Positions 43,952 through 52,221 of a stretch of 64,000 nt of DNA are shown one piece after another. The notes under the pieces are model-generated. The model was not told the DNA's origin, did not search any database, and saw only the letters and a list, made by a program, of their open reading frames with translations. Numbering within the stretch: position 1 is the first letter of the stretch; each line of letters starts with the position of its first letter. This stretch comes from an uncultured delta proteobacterium (GTDB taxonomy: Bacteria > Myxococcota > Myxococcia > Myxococcales > UBA5297): the NCBI GenBank assembly GCA_963772225.1, contig CAVYWD010000002.1, forward strand, positions 2,138,872 through 2,202,871, written 5' to 3'. The position numbers and the translations under genes were made by a program.

Positions 43952-45628
43952 TCAGGCGCGGGGAAGAAACTCCATGAGGTCGTCCCGCCGAAACGTTGCC
44001 GAGAGTTTGCGCAGACTCACCTGGCTCGCGGGGAGCACGTGGACGAGCGCATCGCCCAGCATCTTCAGCGCGCCGTTGAAGTAAGCCTCGCCCTTCGCTT
44101 CCACCAACTGACGTGCGGCGTCGAAGTTGCGATGGTCGACCCTCTCCAATGGCACCTTGAGGTCCGCCAGGAGCTCCTGGCCCATGAGCATTGCAGCGAA
44201 GTATGACGCATAGGGAAGCCAGTCGGGCGAGCCCTGTGGGGGGCTCCTGCGCTTGTTCTCAGCGATACGCAGCAGCAGCACGGCGAGCACGAGCTGGGCA
44301 CCATTCAGATTCGAGCCGAAGATCTCGTCGTACAGCTCGTCGAAATGTTGCATGGCGCGAAACCTCGCTCGATGCGGCATTCGTCGCCACACCGAGAGGA
44401 CCGCTTCCGCGGCCGTTCCCGTGCTGATCTCGTTTCGGGCGAACGGCTTCTCGGCTCGCTGGCGACGGTACTCGTAGCCGAGTTGACGAATCGACAGCTC
44501 GAGCGTCTTCTGCCGCTCGTCGTTCGATCGGAGATCCTTGAGATCGACCAGGCTCTGGCTGTTCGTCGCCCACGTAATTGTCTGCCCCTGCGGCCCGCCT
44601 TCCTGTGGGAGCTGATACAGACGCGCGAGGACGTACGTGTGCTCGAGTCCGGGAGGAGCCTTCTCGAACGCGGCGAGCGTCAGTTGGATGGTACGGCTCG
44701 TCTGGCCCCCGTTGATGATCTGCAGCCCGTCGACCTTCACGTTGTGGTTCTCAGGCTGAAAGGCGCTGTAGTCGAAGCGGTCGCAAGTGAGCGTGATGCC
44801 GTTGTTGTAGAAGAAGAAGTTCGTGCGGTCGGCATCGCTTTGCAGCGTCTTCTGAATCGCCTCGTTCACCCAGCTGCCTTCGAAGCCCAGAAAGCGGCGG
44901 ATGTTCCGGTCCAGGAGGCCGTCGCCGTGCGTTTCCATGAGCCGCGCGAGTTCCGAAACCGGGAGCTTCCCGATGAACACTCTGGAGAAGTTGAGATCCT
45001 CGACGATTGATTTGCCGGCGAAGTGAAGGGTGTCTTTGACGCTCGGAGGCCTCTGCAGTATGCGAACGAGGTCGTCGTGGTTGACATGCTCGAAACGCAC
45101 CCGGTCGCCGAACTGTTCGCGGTCGATGATCTGCTGAACATCCTCGCTCCATTTCACGCCATTGCTGCAGAGGATGAAGCGCACCCGGGGGATGTTCTCT
45201 GCGATGAGCGAGCGGATTTCCTCGACCCGTACCTGAAGACGCGGGTTCAGGTTGTCGGGTGCGTCGGGCCGCAGGAGCATCCGTATAGCTTGAATGGCCT
45301 TGAGCACCGCGTTTTGCTCGAACCCCTTCACGCCCTCGAGGTTCGCGTGATGGTACTTCCCCTGAAAGAAGGTGACCGTGAACGATCCGTCGGAAATGTC
45401 CGAAATGTCGATCGCGTCGACGCCGAAGTCGTTTCCTCCCTCCGTGAGCGCTTCGAGGGCTTCATCTTCGGTGAGCCCGAGCGTCACTTTTTGGCAGAGG
45501 ACGACGAAGGCCACGGAACGAGCCGCGGTCTCGTCGAGGGTCTTACCAACGGCCTGATCGAGCTGGGGCTTGAGTCGCAGCGCGAGCGCGCGGACCTGCT
45601 GATCGATGATGCCGACATTGACGTTCAT
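43952..45628 (-). CDS. AIPR (abortive infection phage resistance) family protein
   Basis: 558-aa ORF, lower GC than its flanks. GNDFGVDAIDI, FFQGKYH, RNIRRFLG, FFFYNNGITLTCD and QIINGGQTSRT are the AIPR/PF10592-type motifs. Confidence 0.8.
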   Translation of the reverse strand: MNVNVGIIDQQVRALALRLKPQLDQAVGKTLDETAARSVAFVVLCQKVTLGLTEDEALEALTEGGNDFGVDAIDISDISDGSFTVTFFQGKYHHANLEGVKGFEQNAVLKAIQAIRMLLRPDAPDNLNPRLQVRVEEIRSLIAENIPRVRFILCSNGVKWSEDVQQIIDREQFGDRVRFEHVNHDDLVRILQRPPSVKDTLHFAGKSIVEDLNFSRVFIGKLPVSELARLMETHGDGLLDRNIRRFLGFEGSWVNEAIQKTLQSDADRTNFFFYNNGITLTCDRFDYSAFQPENHNVKVDGLQIINGGQTSRTIQLTLAAFEKAPPGLEHTYVLARLYQLPQEGGPQGQTITWATNSQSLVDLKDLRSNDERQKTLELSIRQLGYEYRRQRAEKPFARNEISTGTAAEAVLSVWRRMPHRARFRAMQHFDELYDEIFGSNLNGAQLVLAVLLLRIAENKRRSPPQGSPDWLPYASYFAAMLMGQELLADLKVPLERVDHRNFDAARQLVEAKGEAYFNGALKMLGDALVHVLPASQVSLRKLSATFRRDDLMEFLPRA

Positions 45629-45845
45629 GGTGCCTCTCTTGCCCGAGTTTCAAGTGTACCTGAAGAACAGGCGGCATAACTTGCCCGTTGTCCCGGGCAC
45701 CAGAATCGTCGGGCGCGCCATCGTAGGCTTGAGTTGCGGTCGTTCGCCACTCCAAGGACCACTAACCCGGTGCTAAGCCAGCTCGAGGCCTCACCGCTGC
45801 TTAAAGGAAGCCCTTCCCAAGGCAAGTCGGTTGCTGCTTTGAACG

Positions 45846-46121
45846 CGCCATGAGCAGACCCACCCTGTGCGTAGGCGTTTCGAGCTGCGTTTCCCCAGCC
45901 AGCGTCGGAAGGCGGGAGGGGTCGGAGACCGCCGCATGGTAGTACTGGACAGAGCCGAGCGAGCGTGTTTGCTGGCAAGACCGGCCAGGAGGCTAGACCA
46001 TCCCCGGCCCGGCGAGCAGAGCGTCGCCGAGCTGCCTTCGTCCACGCCGGCCCCCTCCCTGAAGCGCCGTGGGCGCTCCGCTCGCAGTGCACGTATTCAC
46101 TCCGTGCGTGAAGACTTCAGA
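45846..46121 (-). repeat. degenerate IS91-type 3'-end sequence, copy B (inverted relative to copy A)
   Basis: See copy A. It retains a decayed remnant of the transposase C-terminus (TCTGAAGTCTTCA... versus TCTGAAATCTTCA...). The transposase body is cut off by the island junction at 46296/46297. Confidence 0.7.
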
Positions 46122-46296
46122 TGCGCGCCGCGCTGGCCGCGGTGGACTGGCCCGCCCGCTTCCAACCCATGATTCCGGCGGGCCTGACGCTGGCGTCGGA
46201 GTCGGCGGCCTTAGGGGCCGGACGGCGGCGGCGGTCGAGGTGAGCGGGCGCGGCGCCTGTCCCTCTCACGGGGCGCGCGGCGAACGCGTGGAGGCC

Positions 46297-46435
46297 TCTC
46301 CTTGGGCAGGAGTGGCCCGGAGAGGCTGTCCCCCAGGTTGACCACCGCGTCGACGCCTCGCCGGTTGAAGTCGGCGATGACCGCCTCCAGAGCGGCGAGG
46401 TTTCCGTGGATGTCCGAGAGGAGTGCGAGGCGCAT
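46297..46435 (-). pseudogene. duplicated 5' fragment of the metallophosphoesterase gene (intact copy at 32673..33413)
   Basis: ORF 46211..46435 starts MRLALLSDIHGNLAALEAVIADFNRRGVDAVVNLGDSLSGPLLPKE, identical to the intact gene, then diverges into junk at 46296. Confidence 0.85.
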
Positions 46436-46686
46436 GGCGTTCGGGCTTTCGAAGGATGGGAAACGGCTCGAGGAGTCTTACCGCAAAGCGAGCTTCAAGA
46501 GGGCGAGCGCGCCAATCGACACCGCGGCGATCCCCAGAATTCTCAGGCCCTGCACGGCCAGCAGAATCGCCACGGCGGCGACGGTCCCCGCGAGGAGGCT
46601 CCCGAGGACGAGCGGAGGCGCGCGCCGGAGCCACCGGGCGACGAGGTCCAAGACCTCCCCTTCGCGGCCAAATCCGGCCTTCGCCG
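46297..46686. repeat. 390-bp direct repeat, copy 2 (right boundary of the island)
   Basis: 389/390 identical to 33275..33664. Confidence 0.95.
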
Positions 46687-47191
46687 CGTCCTCGGCGTTC
46701 TTCGCTTCCAGGCGCCGTCGGTTCGCCTCCGACACCTCGCGCGCGAACGCCGCCGCGCCCTCTCGGCGCAGTTGGCTCGCCTCGGCTTCGGCCTGAGCTC
46801 GCGCCTCGCGCAGGACCTCGAGGGCCGCGTCCTCGCTCTCCTTCTCCGCGAGGCGCTTCTGCCAGAGCGCCTCGTTGAATGCCCGCTGCTCGGGCGAATC
46901 GAGGCCGGCGCCGCACTGCTGGCAATGGGCCGCGCGGGCGCCGTTGTCGGCCTCGCACCGCGCACAGCGCAGGAACGGCATCTCGGTCGAGGGGCGCGCG
47001 TCGTCGAGGGCCGGCGGCGGCTCCTGAAAGCGCGCGGCGCTCGCGCCCGAGGAGCTCGCCCGCGGCGCCTCGGCCGAGGGCTGCTCGACCGCCTCGAACC
47101 GGCTCGAATGGGCCGGAGCGCTCGGCGCTGTCGGCGCTTCCTTCCGCGAGCGCTCGAGCTTCAGGAAGCGCGACTTGCGATCGCCCTTCAC
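46478..47191 (-). CDS. zinc-ribbon / coiled-coil protein with a C-terminal double TM anchor
   Basis: 237-aa ORF. GTG at 47191 overlaps the AAA gene stop (GTGA). The zinc ribbon is FLRCARCEADNGARAAHCQQCG. There is an Ala/Glu/Arg helical region. The C-terminal hydrophobic segments are PPLVLGSLLAGTVAAVAILLAV and ILGIAAVSIGALALLKL. Confidence 0.7.
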   Translation of the reverse strand: MKGDRKSRFLKLERSRKEAPTAPSAPAHSSRFEAVEQPSAEAPRASSSGASAARFQEPPPALDDARPSTEMPFLRCARCEADNGARAAHCQQCGAGLDSPEQRAFNEALWQKRLAEKESEDAALEVLREARAQAEAEASQLRREGAAAFAREVSEANRRRLEAKNAEDAAKAGFGREGEVLDLVARWLRRAPPLVLGSLLAGTVAAVAILLAVQGLRILGIAAVSIGALALLKLALR

Positions 47192-48765
47192 GAGCCCGCC
47201 CCGGCGTCGGCGGCCGGAGGCGGGGCCGAGGCGGGTCGCGTCCGGGTCGCGGCCCAGTCGCGCAGCCGGCGGAGGTCGTCAGCCAGGGTCGTCGAAAGCG
47301 GCACGGTCTCCTTCAGCGCCTGCAGCACGTGGCGCTGCTCGAGCTCCACGCCCTCGGCGAACGCGTCGTAGAGCCCCGCGACAATCGCCTGCTCGATCTC
47401 CGCGCCGCTGAAGCCGTCGCTCGCCCGGGCGATGGCCTCGAGGTCGAAGCGGGACGGGTCGCGCCGGCGGCGGCGCAGGTGGATCCGGGCGATCTCCCGG
47501 CGCTCGTCCGCGGCGGGGAGGTCGACGAAGAAGATCTCGTCGAAGCGGCCCTTGCGGATGAGCTCCGGCGGCAGCGCCTCGATGCGGTTGGCGGTGGCGA
47601 CGACGAAGACCGGCGCGGTCTTTTCCTGGAGCCACGTGAGCATCGCGCCGAAGACCCGCGCGGTGACCCCGCCATCGGTGAAGCCCGAGGAGCCGGCGCC
47701 CGACAGGCCCTTCTCGATCTCGTCGAGCCACAGGACCACCGGCGCCACGCTCTCGGCGACGCGGATGGCCTTGCGCAAGTTCTCCTCCGAGGAGCCGATG
47801 AGCCCGCTGAAGATGCGCCCCATGTCCAGGCGCAGCAGCGGCAGGCGCCACTCGGCGGCGATGGCCTTGGCGGTCAAGCTCTTGCCGCAGCCCTGCACGC
47901 CGAGGAGGAGCACGCCCTTGGGCTCGGGCAGGCCGAAGCGCCGCGCCGTTTCGCCGAAGGCCGCCGAGCGTCGCGCGAGCCAGGTCTTCAGGCTGCCGAG
48001 CCCGCCGATCTGTCCCAGGTCGTCCTGCGGCGCGAAGTACTCCAGGAGCCCGCTCTTGCGGATGACCTGCCGCTTCTCCTCGAGGACGAGCTGCGCGTCG
48101 GCGGCGTCGAGCCGGCCGTCTTTGGCGATGGCCTTGGCGAAGGCGTTCTCGGCCTCGCTCAGGGTGAGGCCCAGCGCGGCCTTCACCAGCTGCTCGGCTT
48201 GCTCCTTCTTCAAGTCCACCGTGGCCTTGTTGCCCGCGCGCACCACCGTGACGATGTCGCGCAAGAGCAGCGCGAGGTCGCGGAAGGTCGGCAACGGAAC
48301 GTCCAGGACCGTCACCTCCTTCTCCAGCTCGAGCGGCAGGGCGAGCGTGGGCGACACGAGGAGGAGCGTCGTGAACGTGCTCTTCAGCTCGTGGGCGAGC
48401 TCGCGAAGGGCGCGCACCACCAGCGGCTCCGAGAGGTACGGGTGGAAGTCCTTGAGCACCACCAGGGCCGGCTCGGCGATCTTCTCGATGGCGGCCAAGG
48501 CCTCCGGCGGCTCGCGCGTGCCCTCGAGAGCGGCCATCGCCGCGCGGGCGCCACCCGCCTTGCGCAGCCCGCGCGTCACCGACCAGGTGTAGAGACCCTT
48601 GCCGTGCGCCGTGGCCAGGTCCTGCAGGACCGCGTCGAGCCGCTGCTCCTCGAAGGTGACGAGCCAGATGAGCGGGTAGCGCGCCCGGATGAGCACGTCG
48701 AGCTCGCGGACGTACGCCGGGGCGCTGTGCGGGGACTGCGGCGAGGTGGGGCTCTGGTCGGCCAT
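47188..48765 (-). CDS. AAA family ATPase (classic AAA module with a ~250-aa N-terminal domain)
   Basis: Real part of ORF 47188..49500; ATG at 48765 ([10 protein letters not shown]...). Walker A is GVQGCGKS and Walker B is VLWLDEIEK. The SRH region is [22 protein letters not shown]. Confidence 0.8.
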   Translation of the reverse strand: MADQSPTSPQSPHSAPAYVRELDVLIRARYPLIWLVTFEEQRLDAVLQDLATAHGKGLYTWSVTRGLRKAGGARAAMAALEGTREPPEALAAIEKIAEPALVVLKDFHPYLSEPLVVRALRELAHELKSTFTTLLLVSPTLALPLELEKEVTVLDVPLPTFRDLALLLRDIVTVVRAGNKATVDLKKEQAEQLVKAALGLTLSEAENAFAKAIAKDGRLDAADAQLVLEEKRQVIRKSGLLEYFAPQDDLGQIGGLGSLKTWLARRSAAFGETARRFGLPEPKGVLLLGVQGCGKSLTAKAIAAEWRLPLLRLDMGRIFSGLIGSSEENLRKAIRVAESVAPVVLWLDEIEKGLSGAGSSGFTDGGVTARVFGAMLTWLQEKTAPVFVVATANRIEALPPELIRKGRFDEIFFVDLPAADERREIARIHLRRRRRDPSRFDLEAIARASDGFSGAEIEQAIVAGLYDAFAEGVELEQRHVLQALKETVPLSTTLADDLRRLRDWAATRTRPASAPPPAADAGAGS

Positions 48766-48849
48766 GGCAAGGGGCCGCGCTGTCTCGCCTTGGCGGCGGG
48801 CTCTCGCGTCCTCGCTCAAGGAGGATACACGACGTGCGATCATGGCCGC

Positions 48850-49509
48850 ATGCGCCGCGCCCCAATCGTCCTCTTCGCCCTCGGCGCGCTCTCCTGCGGC
48901 AGAGGCGGCCCCGCCTTCGGCGAGGTGCAGCGCGGGCAGGGCACCTACTACGACTCCGCGAACGGCGACGGCGCTTGCATGTTCGGCCCCTCTCCCGGCG
49001 ACCTCGATGTCGCGGCGCTGAACGACCCGCAGTGGGACGGCAGCGCGGTCTGCGGCGCCTGCGCGAAGGCGACCGGCCCCAACGGCAGCGTTACCGTGCG
49101 CATCGTCGACCGCTGCCCCGAGTGCAAGTCGGGCGACCTGGACTTCTCGCCGCAGGCGTTCGCGAAGCTGGCCGACCTCTCTCAAGGCCGAGTGGCCATC
49201 ACCTGGCAGCTCGTGCCCTGCGACGTCTCCGGCGACGTGCGCTACCACGTGAAGGACGGCTCGTCGCAGTGGTGGACCGCGCTCCAGGTGCAGAACCACC
49301 GCCTGCCGATCCGCTCGCTCGCGTATCGGAGCGGCAGCGACTGGGTGGACGTCCCTCGCTCGGATTACAACTATTTCGTCGCCGAGAAAGGCATGGGGCC
49401 AGGCGCCATCCACGTGCGCATCACGGCCTGGGACGGCCAGTCGCTCGAGGACGAGCTGCCGGGGCCCGACGCGGGCGCGACCTTCGACGGGGCGGGGCAA
49501 TTTCGCTGA
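48850..49509 (+). CDS. bacterial expansin-like protein (EXLX1/YoaJ-type: DPBB domain + CBM63-like domain)
   Basis: Tail of ORF 46879..49509; ATG at 48850 with the signal peptide MRRAPIVLFALGALSCG. GTYYDSANGDGACMF...GACAKATGPNGSVTVRIVDRCPECKSGDLDFS is followed by WWTALQVQNHRLPIRSL...SDYNYFV. Confidence 0.75.
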   Translation: MRRAPIVLFALGALSCGRGGPAFGEVQRGQGTYYDSANGDGACMFGPSPGDLDVAALNDPQWDGSAVCGACAKATGPNGSVTVRIVDRCPECKSGDLDFSPQAFAKLADLSQGRVAITWQLVPCDVSGDVRYHVKDGSSQWWTALQVQNHRLPIRSLAYRSGSDWVDVPRSDYNYFVAEKGMGPGAIHVRITAWDGQSLEDELPGPDAGATFDGAGQFR

Positions 49510-49541
49510 GCGGGTCCAGCCCCTTCGCTCGGCTCATCGGC

Positions 49542-50924
49542 TCAGAAGACCCCTGGCATGTCGACCTGCGCCGGCGTCGGCCGGAGAGGCCGCGGGTAGT
49601 CGACGGCCGCAGGGACCGACTCGGCGCGCTTCAGGCTCGAAATGGCGGAGCTCGACGTCGCCGACCGGCAGCTCCCGTTTTCGGCGAAGTAGAGGGCCGC
49701 GCTCGTCGACGCCTCGTCGGCGCTGTCCTGCGCGTGGCTGAGGTCGTCGGCCGCCGCGCAGAGCGGCCCGTGCGAGCTGTCGTCGGGGAGGCCGCTGAAA
49801 TAGCCCGCATTGCCTTCGCTGTTGGCAAGCGCGAAGGAGATGAGGAACAGCTCTCGGTCCACGTTGGAAAGGGTGAAGATCTGCTGGCCCACCGGCTTTC
49901 CATAGGACGAGTCGCCGACGAAAGCGATTTTCAAATACGGATCCAGAGCATTGGGCACGAGCTCGGAGGCCGACGCCGAGGCCTTGGTCATGATGAACGC
50001 GACTCGCTGAAAGGCGCTCGCATCGGCCTCGGAATTGAAGGTCAGCGTCTGGTCGCTGGAGGAGTGCTGGGAGTTGAACTGCTCCTGGCACATCGTCTTC
50101 CCCGACAGCCCGCCGGCGAGGAGCGAAGCCAGGGTCTGCGCGGTGCTGACATAGCCGCCACCGTTGTAGCGAAGGTCGACGACCACGTTCTGGACGCCCT
50201 TGTCCTTGAAGTCGGCGAAGGCCGCCCGGAGCAGATTGTCGGCGGGCGCGATGAAGGTCCGCAGGCAGACGTAGCCCGTGGTCCCAGAGACCCAATGCGA
50301 AGGGACCGGATCGACGTCGTACGTCCCCGGCGCCATGGTGCGCGTCACCGGCGAGGAGGCGCCGACGGGCACCACCGAGAACACCCGCTGCACCCCGGCG
50401 CTGGAGGATTGGATCAGCGCGGCGAGCGAGCCGTCGTCGTTCGACACGTTGGCCACCGGCGTCAGGTTTGCCGCGTCCGGGCCGATGGAGAGGATCTCGT
50501 CTCCGCGCGAAAAGCCGGCCGAGGCCGCCGCCGAGTTGGCGAAGACCTGCGAGACGAAGAGCCGCTGCGAAGGCAGGCTGCCCTGAATCTGCATTCCGAA
50601 GCCGTAGCCCGCGGTCTGCCCTTGCTGGAAGTAGCTCTGGTAATCCTCCGTCGTCAGCAAGTAGCTCCAATACCGGTCCTTTCCTTGGGCGCGGGCCTTC
50701 GAGGTCAGCGCGTCGAGGAGCTCGTCGGCGGTCGCGTACTTCTTCGGGTCGGCCAGCGGGTCGTCCGAAGCCGGCAGCAGGTCTTGGAAGAGGTACCAAT
50801 CGCGAGCCGTCGCGAGGACGTCCTGCTTGCGCTGGTCCTCGAGGCTCGCGGAGCTTCCGCAGCTGGCGAGCGCGACCGCGGCGGCTCCTGCGAGGCAGAG
50901 ACGGAATTGCACGAAGGACCTCAC
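49542..50924 (-). CDS. S41 family (C-terminal processing) peptidase lipoprotein with a PDZ domain
   Basis: Real part of ORF 49542..51413; GTG at 50924 with lipobox ALASC. The PDZ-like segment is VSQVFANSAAASAGFSRGDEILSIG. The S41 core is GYVCLRTF...VVVDLRYNGGGY...TKASASASE...GKPVG. Confidence 0.75.
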   Translation of the reverse strand: MRSFVQFRLCLAGAAAVALASCGSSASLEDQRKQDVLATARDWYLFQDLLPASDDPLADPKKYATADELLDALTSKARAQGKDRYWSYLLTTEDYQSYFQQGQTAGYGFGMQIQGSLPSQRLFVSQVFANSAAASAGFSRGDEILSIGPDAANLTPVANVSNDDGSLAALIQSSSAGVQRVFSVVPVGASSPVTRTMAPGTYDVDPVPSHWVSGTTGYVCLRTFIAPADNLLRAAFADFKDKGVQNVVVDLRYNGGGYVSTAQTLASLLAGGLSGKTMCQEQFNSQHSSSDQTLTFNSEADASAFQRVAFIMTKASASASELVPNALDPYLKIAFVGDSSYGKPVGQQIFTLSNVDRELFLISFALANSEGNAGYFSGLPDDSSHGPLCAAADDLSHAQDSADEASTSAALYFAENGSCRSATSSSAISSLKRAESVPAAVDYPRPLRPTPAQVDMPGVF

Positions 50925-51089
50925 TGTCGGTTTTGAGATGAAACCGACGAGGAGGCTAGCACGGGCCGGCACGCCTGAAAGAGGTGAGGCCCAGGCGGGG
51001 GCGCTCTCGGCGATCGAGGTGCCCCTTGCGCGCGGGCCGCCGCTTCGCCTATCGAAAAGCTCTCGCCCACGCCTCCCTGTGAGGACCTC

Positions 51090-51968
51090 ATGCCCACCGA
51101 CGTCCGATTTCCGGCCCGCGACGGGCGAGCCCTCGCCGGGACGCTGTTTTCGGCGCCCTCGCCGGCAGGCACCGTGGTGCTGGCCTCGGCGCTGGGGGTG
51201 CCGCGCTCGTTCTATGCGGGCCTCGCGGGCACCCTGGCCGAGCGCGGCCTCACGGCGCTGACCTTCGACTACCGCGGCATCGGCGAGTCTCGCGACGGCT
51301 CGCTGCGCGGCTTTCACGCCCACCTCCACGAGTGGGGAGAGCTCGACCTGGCCGGGGCCTTCGACTGGATGCGCGGCCGGCACCCGGACCTCCCGCTGCA
51401 GCTTTTGGCCCACAGCGTGGGCGGCCAGCTCTTCGGGTTACTCGAGGACGCGCCGGTCTCGGGCGCCATCTTCGTCGGCTCGCAGAGCGGGAGCTGGAAG
51501 ATGTGGCGCGGCCTGGAGCGGCTGGGGATGTTTGGCATGTGGCACCTCGCCATGCCCCTGTGCGCCTTCGCGCTCGGCTACATCCCCATGAAGGCGCTCG
51601 GCCAAGGCGAGGATCTGCCGGCCGGCGTTGGCTCGGAATGGGCCCTTTGGGGCCGCGAGGACGACTACATCTGGAGCTACGCCCGGCCTCGCGGCGGGCT
51701 GGGCTTCACGCGCTGGTCGGGCCCGCTTCGGTCGTACGCCGTGTCCGATGACCGATACGCGCCTCGCGCCGGCGTCGACGCCCTGGTGGCCATGTACACC
51801 CGCGCGCGGTCCGAGGTCCGCGTCCTCGAGCCCGCGGCTCTGGGTGTCCCGCGCATCGGCCACTTCGGCCTCTTCAAGCCCGCCTTTCGAGAGACGTTCT
51901 GGAGCGAGCTCGCCGAGGGGCTCTTAAGAGCGACTCGCCCATCCGCGCCGCTCGCGCCCGATGACTGA
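51090..51968 (+). CDS. alpha/beta hydrolase
   Basis: 292-aa ORF with FDYRGIGES, the nucleophile elbow AHSVGG, and a C-terminal GHFG. Confidence 0.75.
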   Translation: MPTDVRFPARDGRALAGTLFSAPSPAGTVVLASALGVPRSFYAGLAGTLAERGLTALTFDYRGIGESRDGSLRGFHAHLHEWGELDLAGAFDWMRGRHPDLPLQLLAHSVGGQLFGLLEDAPVSGAIFVGSQSGSWKMWRGLERLGMFGMWHLAMPLCAFALGYIPMKALGQGEDLPAGVGSEWALWGREDDYIWSYARPRGGLGFTRWSGPLRSYAVSDDRYAPRAGVDALVAMYTRARSEVRVLEPAALGVPRIGHFGLFKPAFRETFWSELAEGLLRATRPSAPLAPDD

Positions 51969-52221
51969 GGCGAGGGCTCGCCGAATCGAGCTCCCGCTCC
52001 ACGAAGTCAATCGCCGTCGAGCCGCGCCTAATTTGGGCCTGCGATTTCCCCGCTCATCGCCCGCGATCGAGGGCCCGTGGCGACGCCGCCCGAACCGAGT
52101 CCCGGCGCGACGATGGCGAGGCGACGGCGGCCCGAGTCCGCGCCGCAAAGAGCTCTTGCGCTGATATCCTCGGCCGCCTCAGCTCACCCAGGCCGGCCTC
52201 GAAGGGGACCCGACGACCTTC

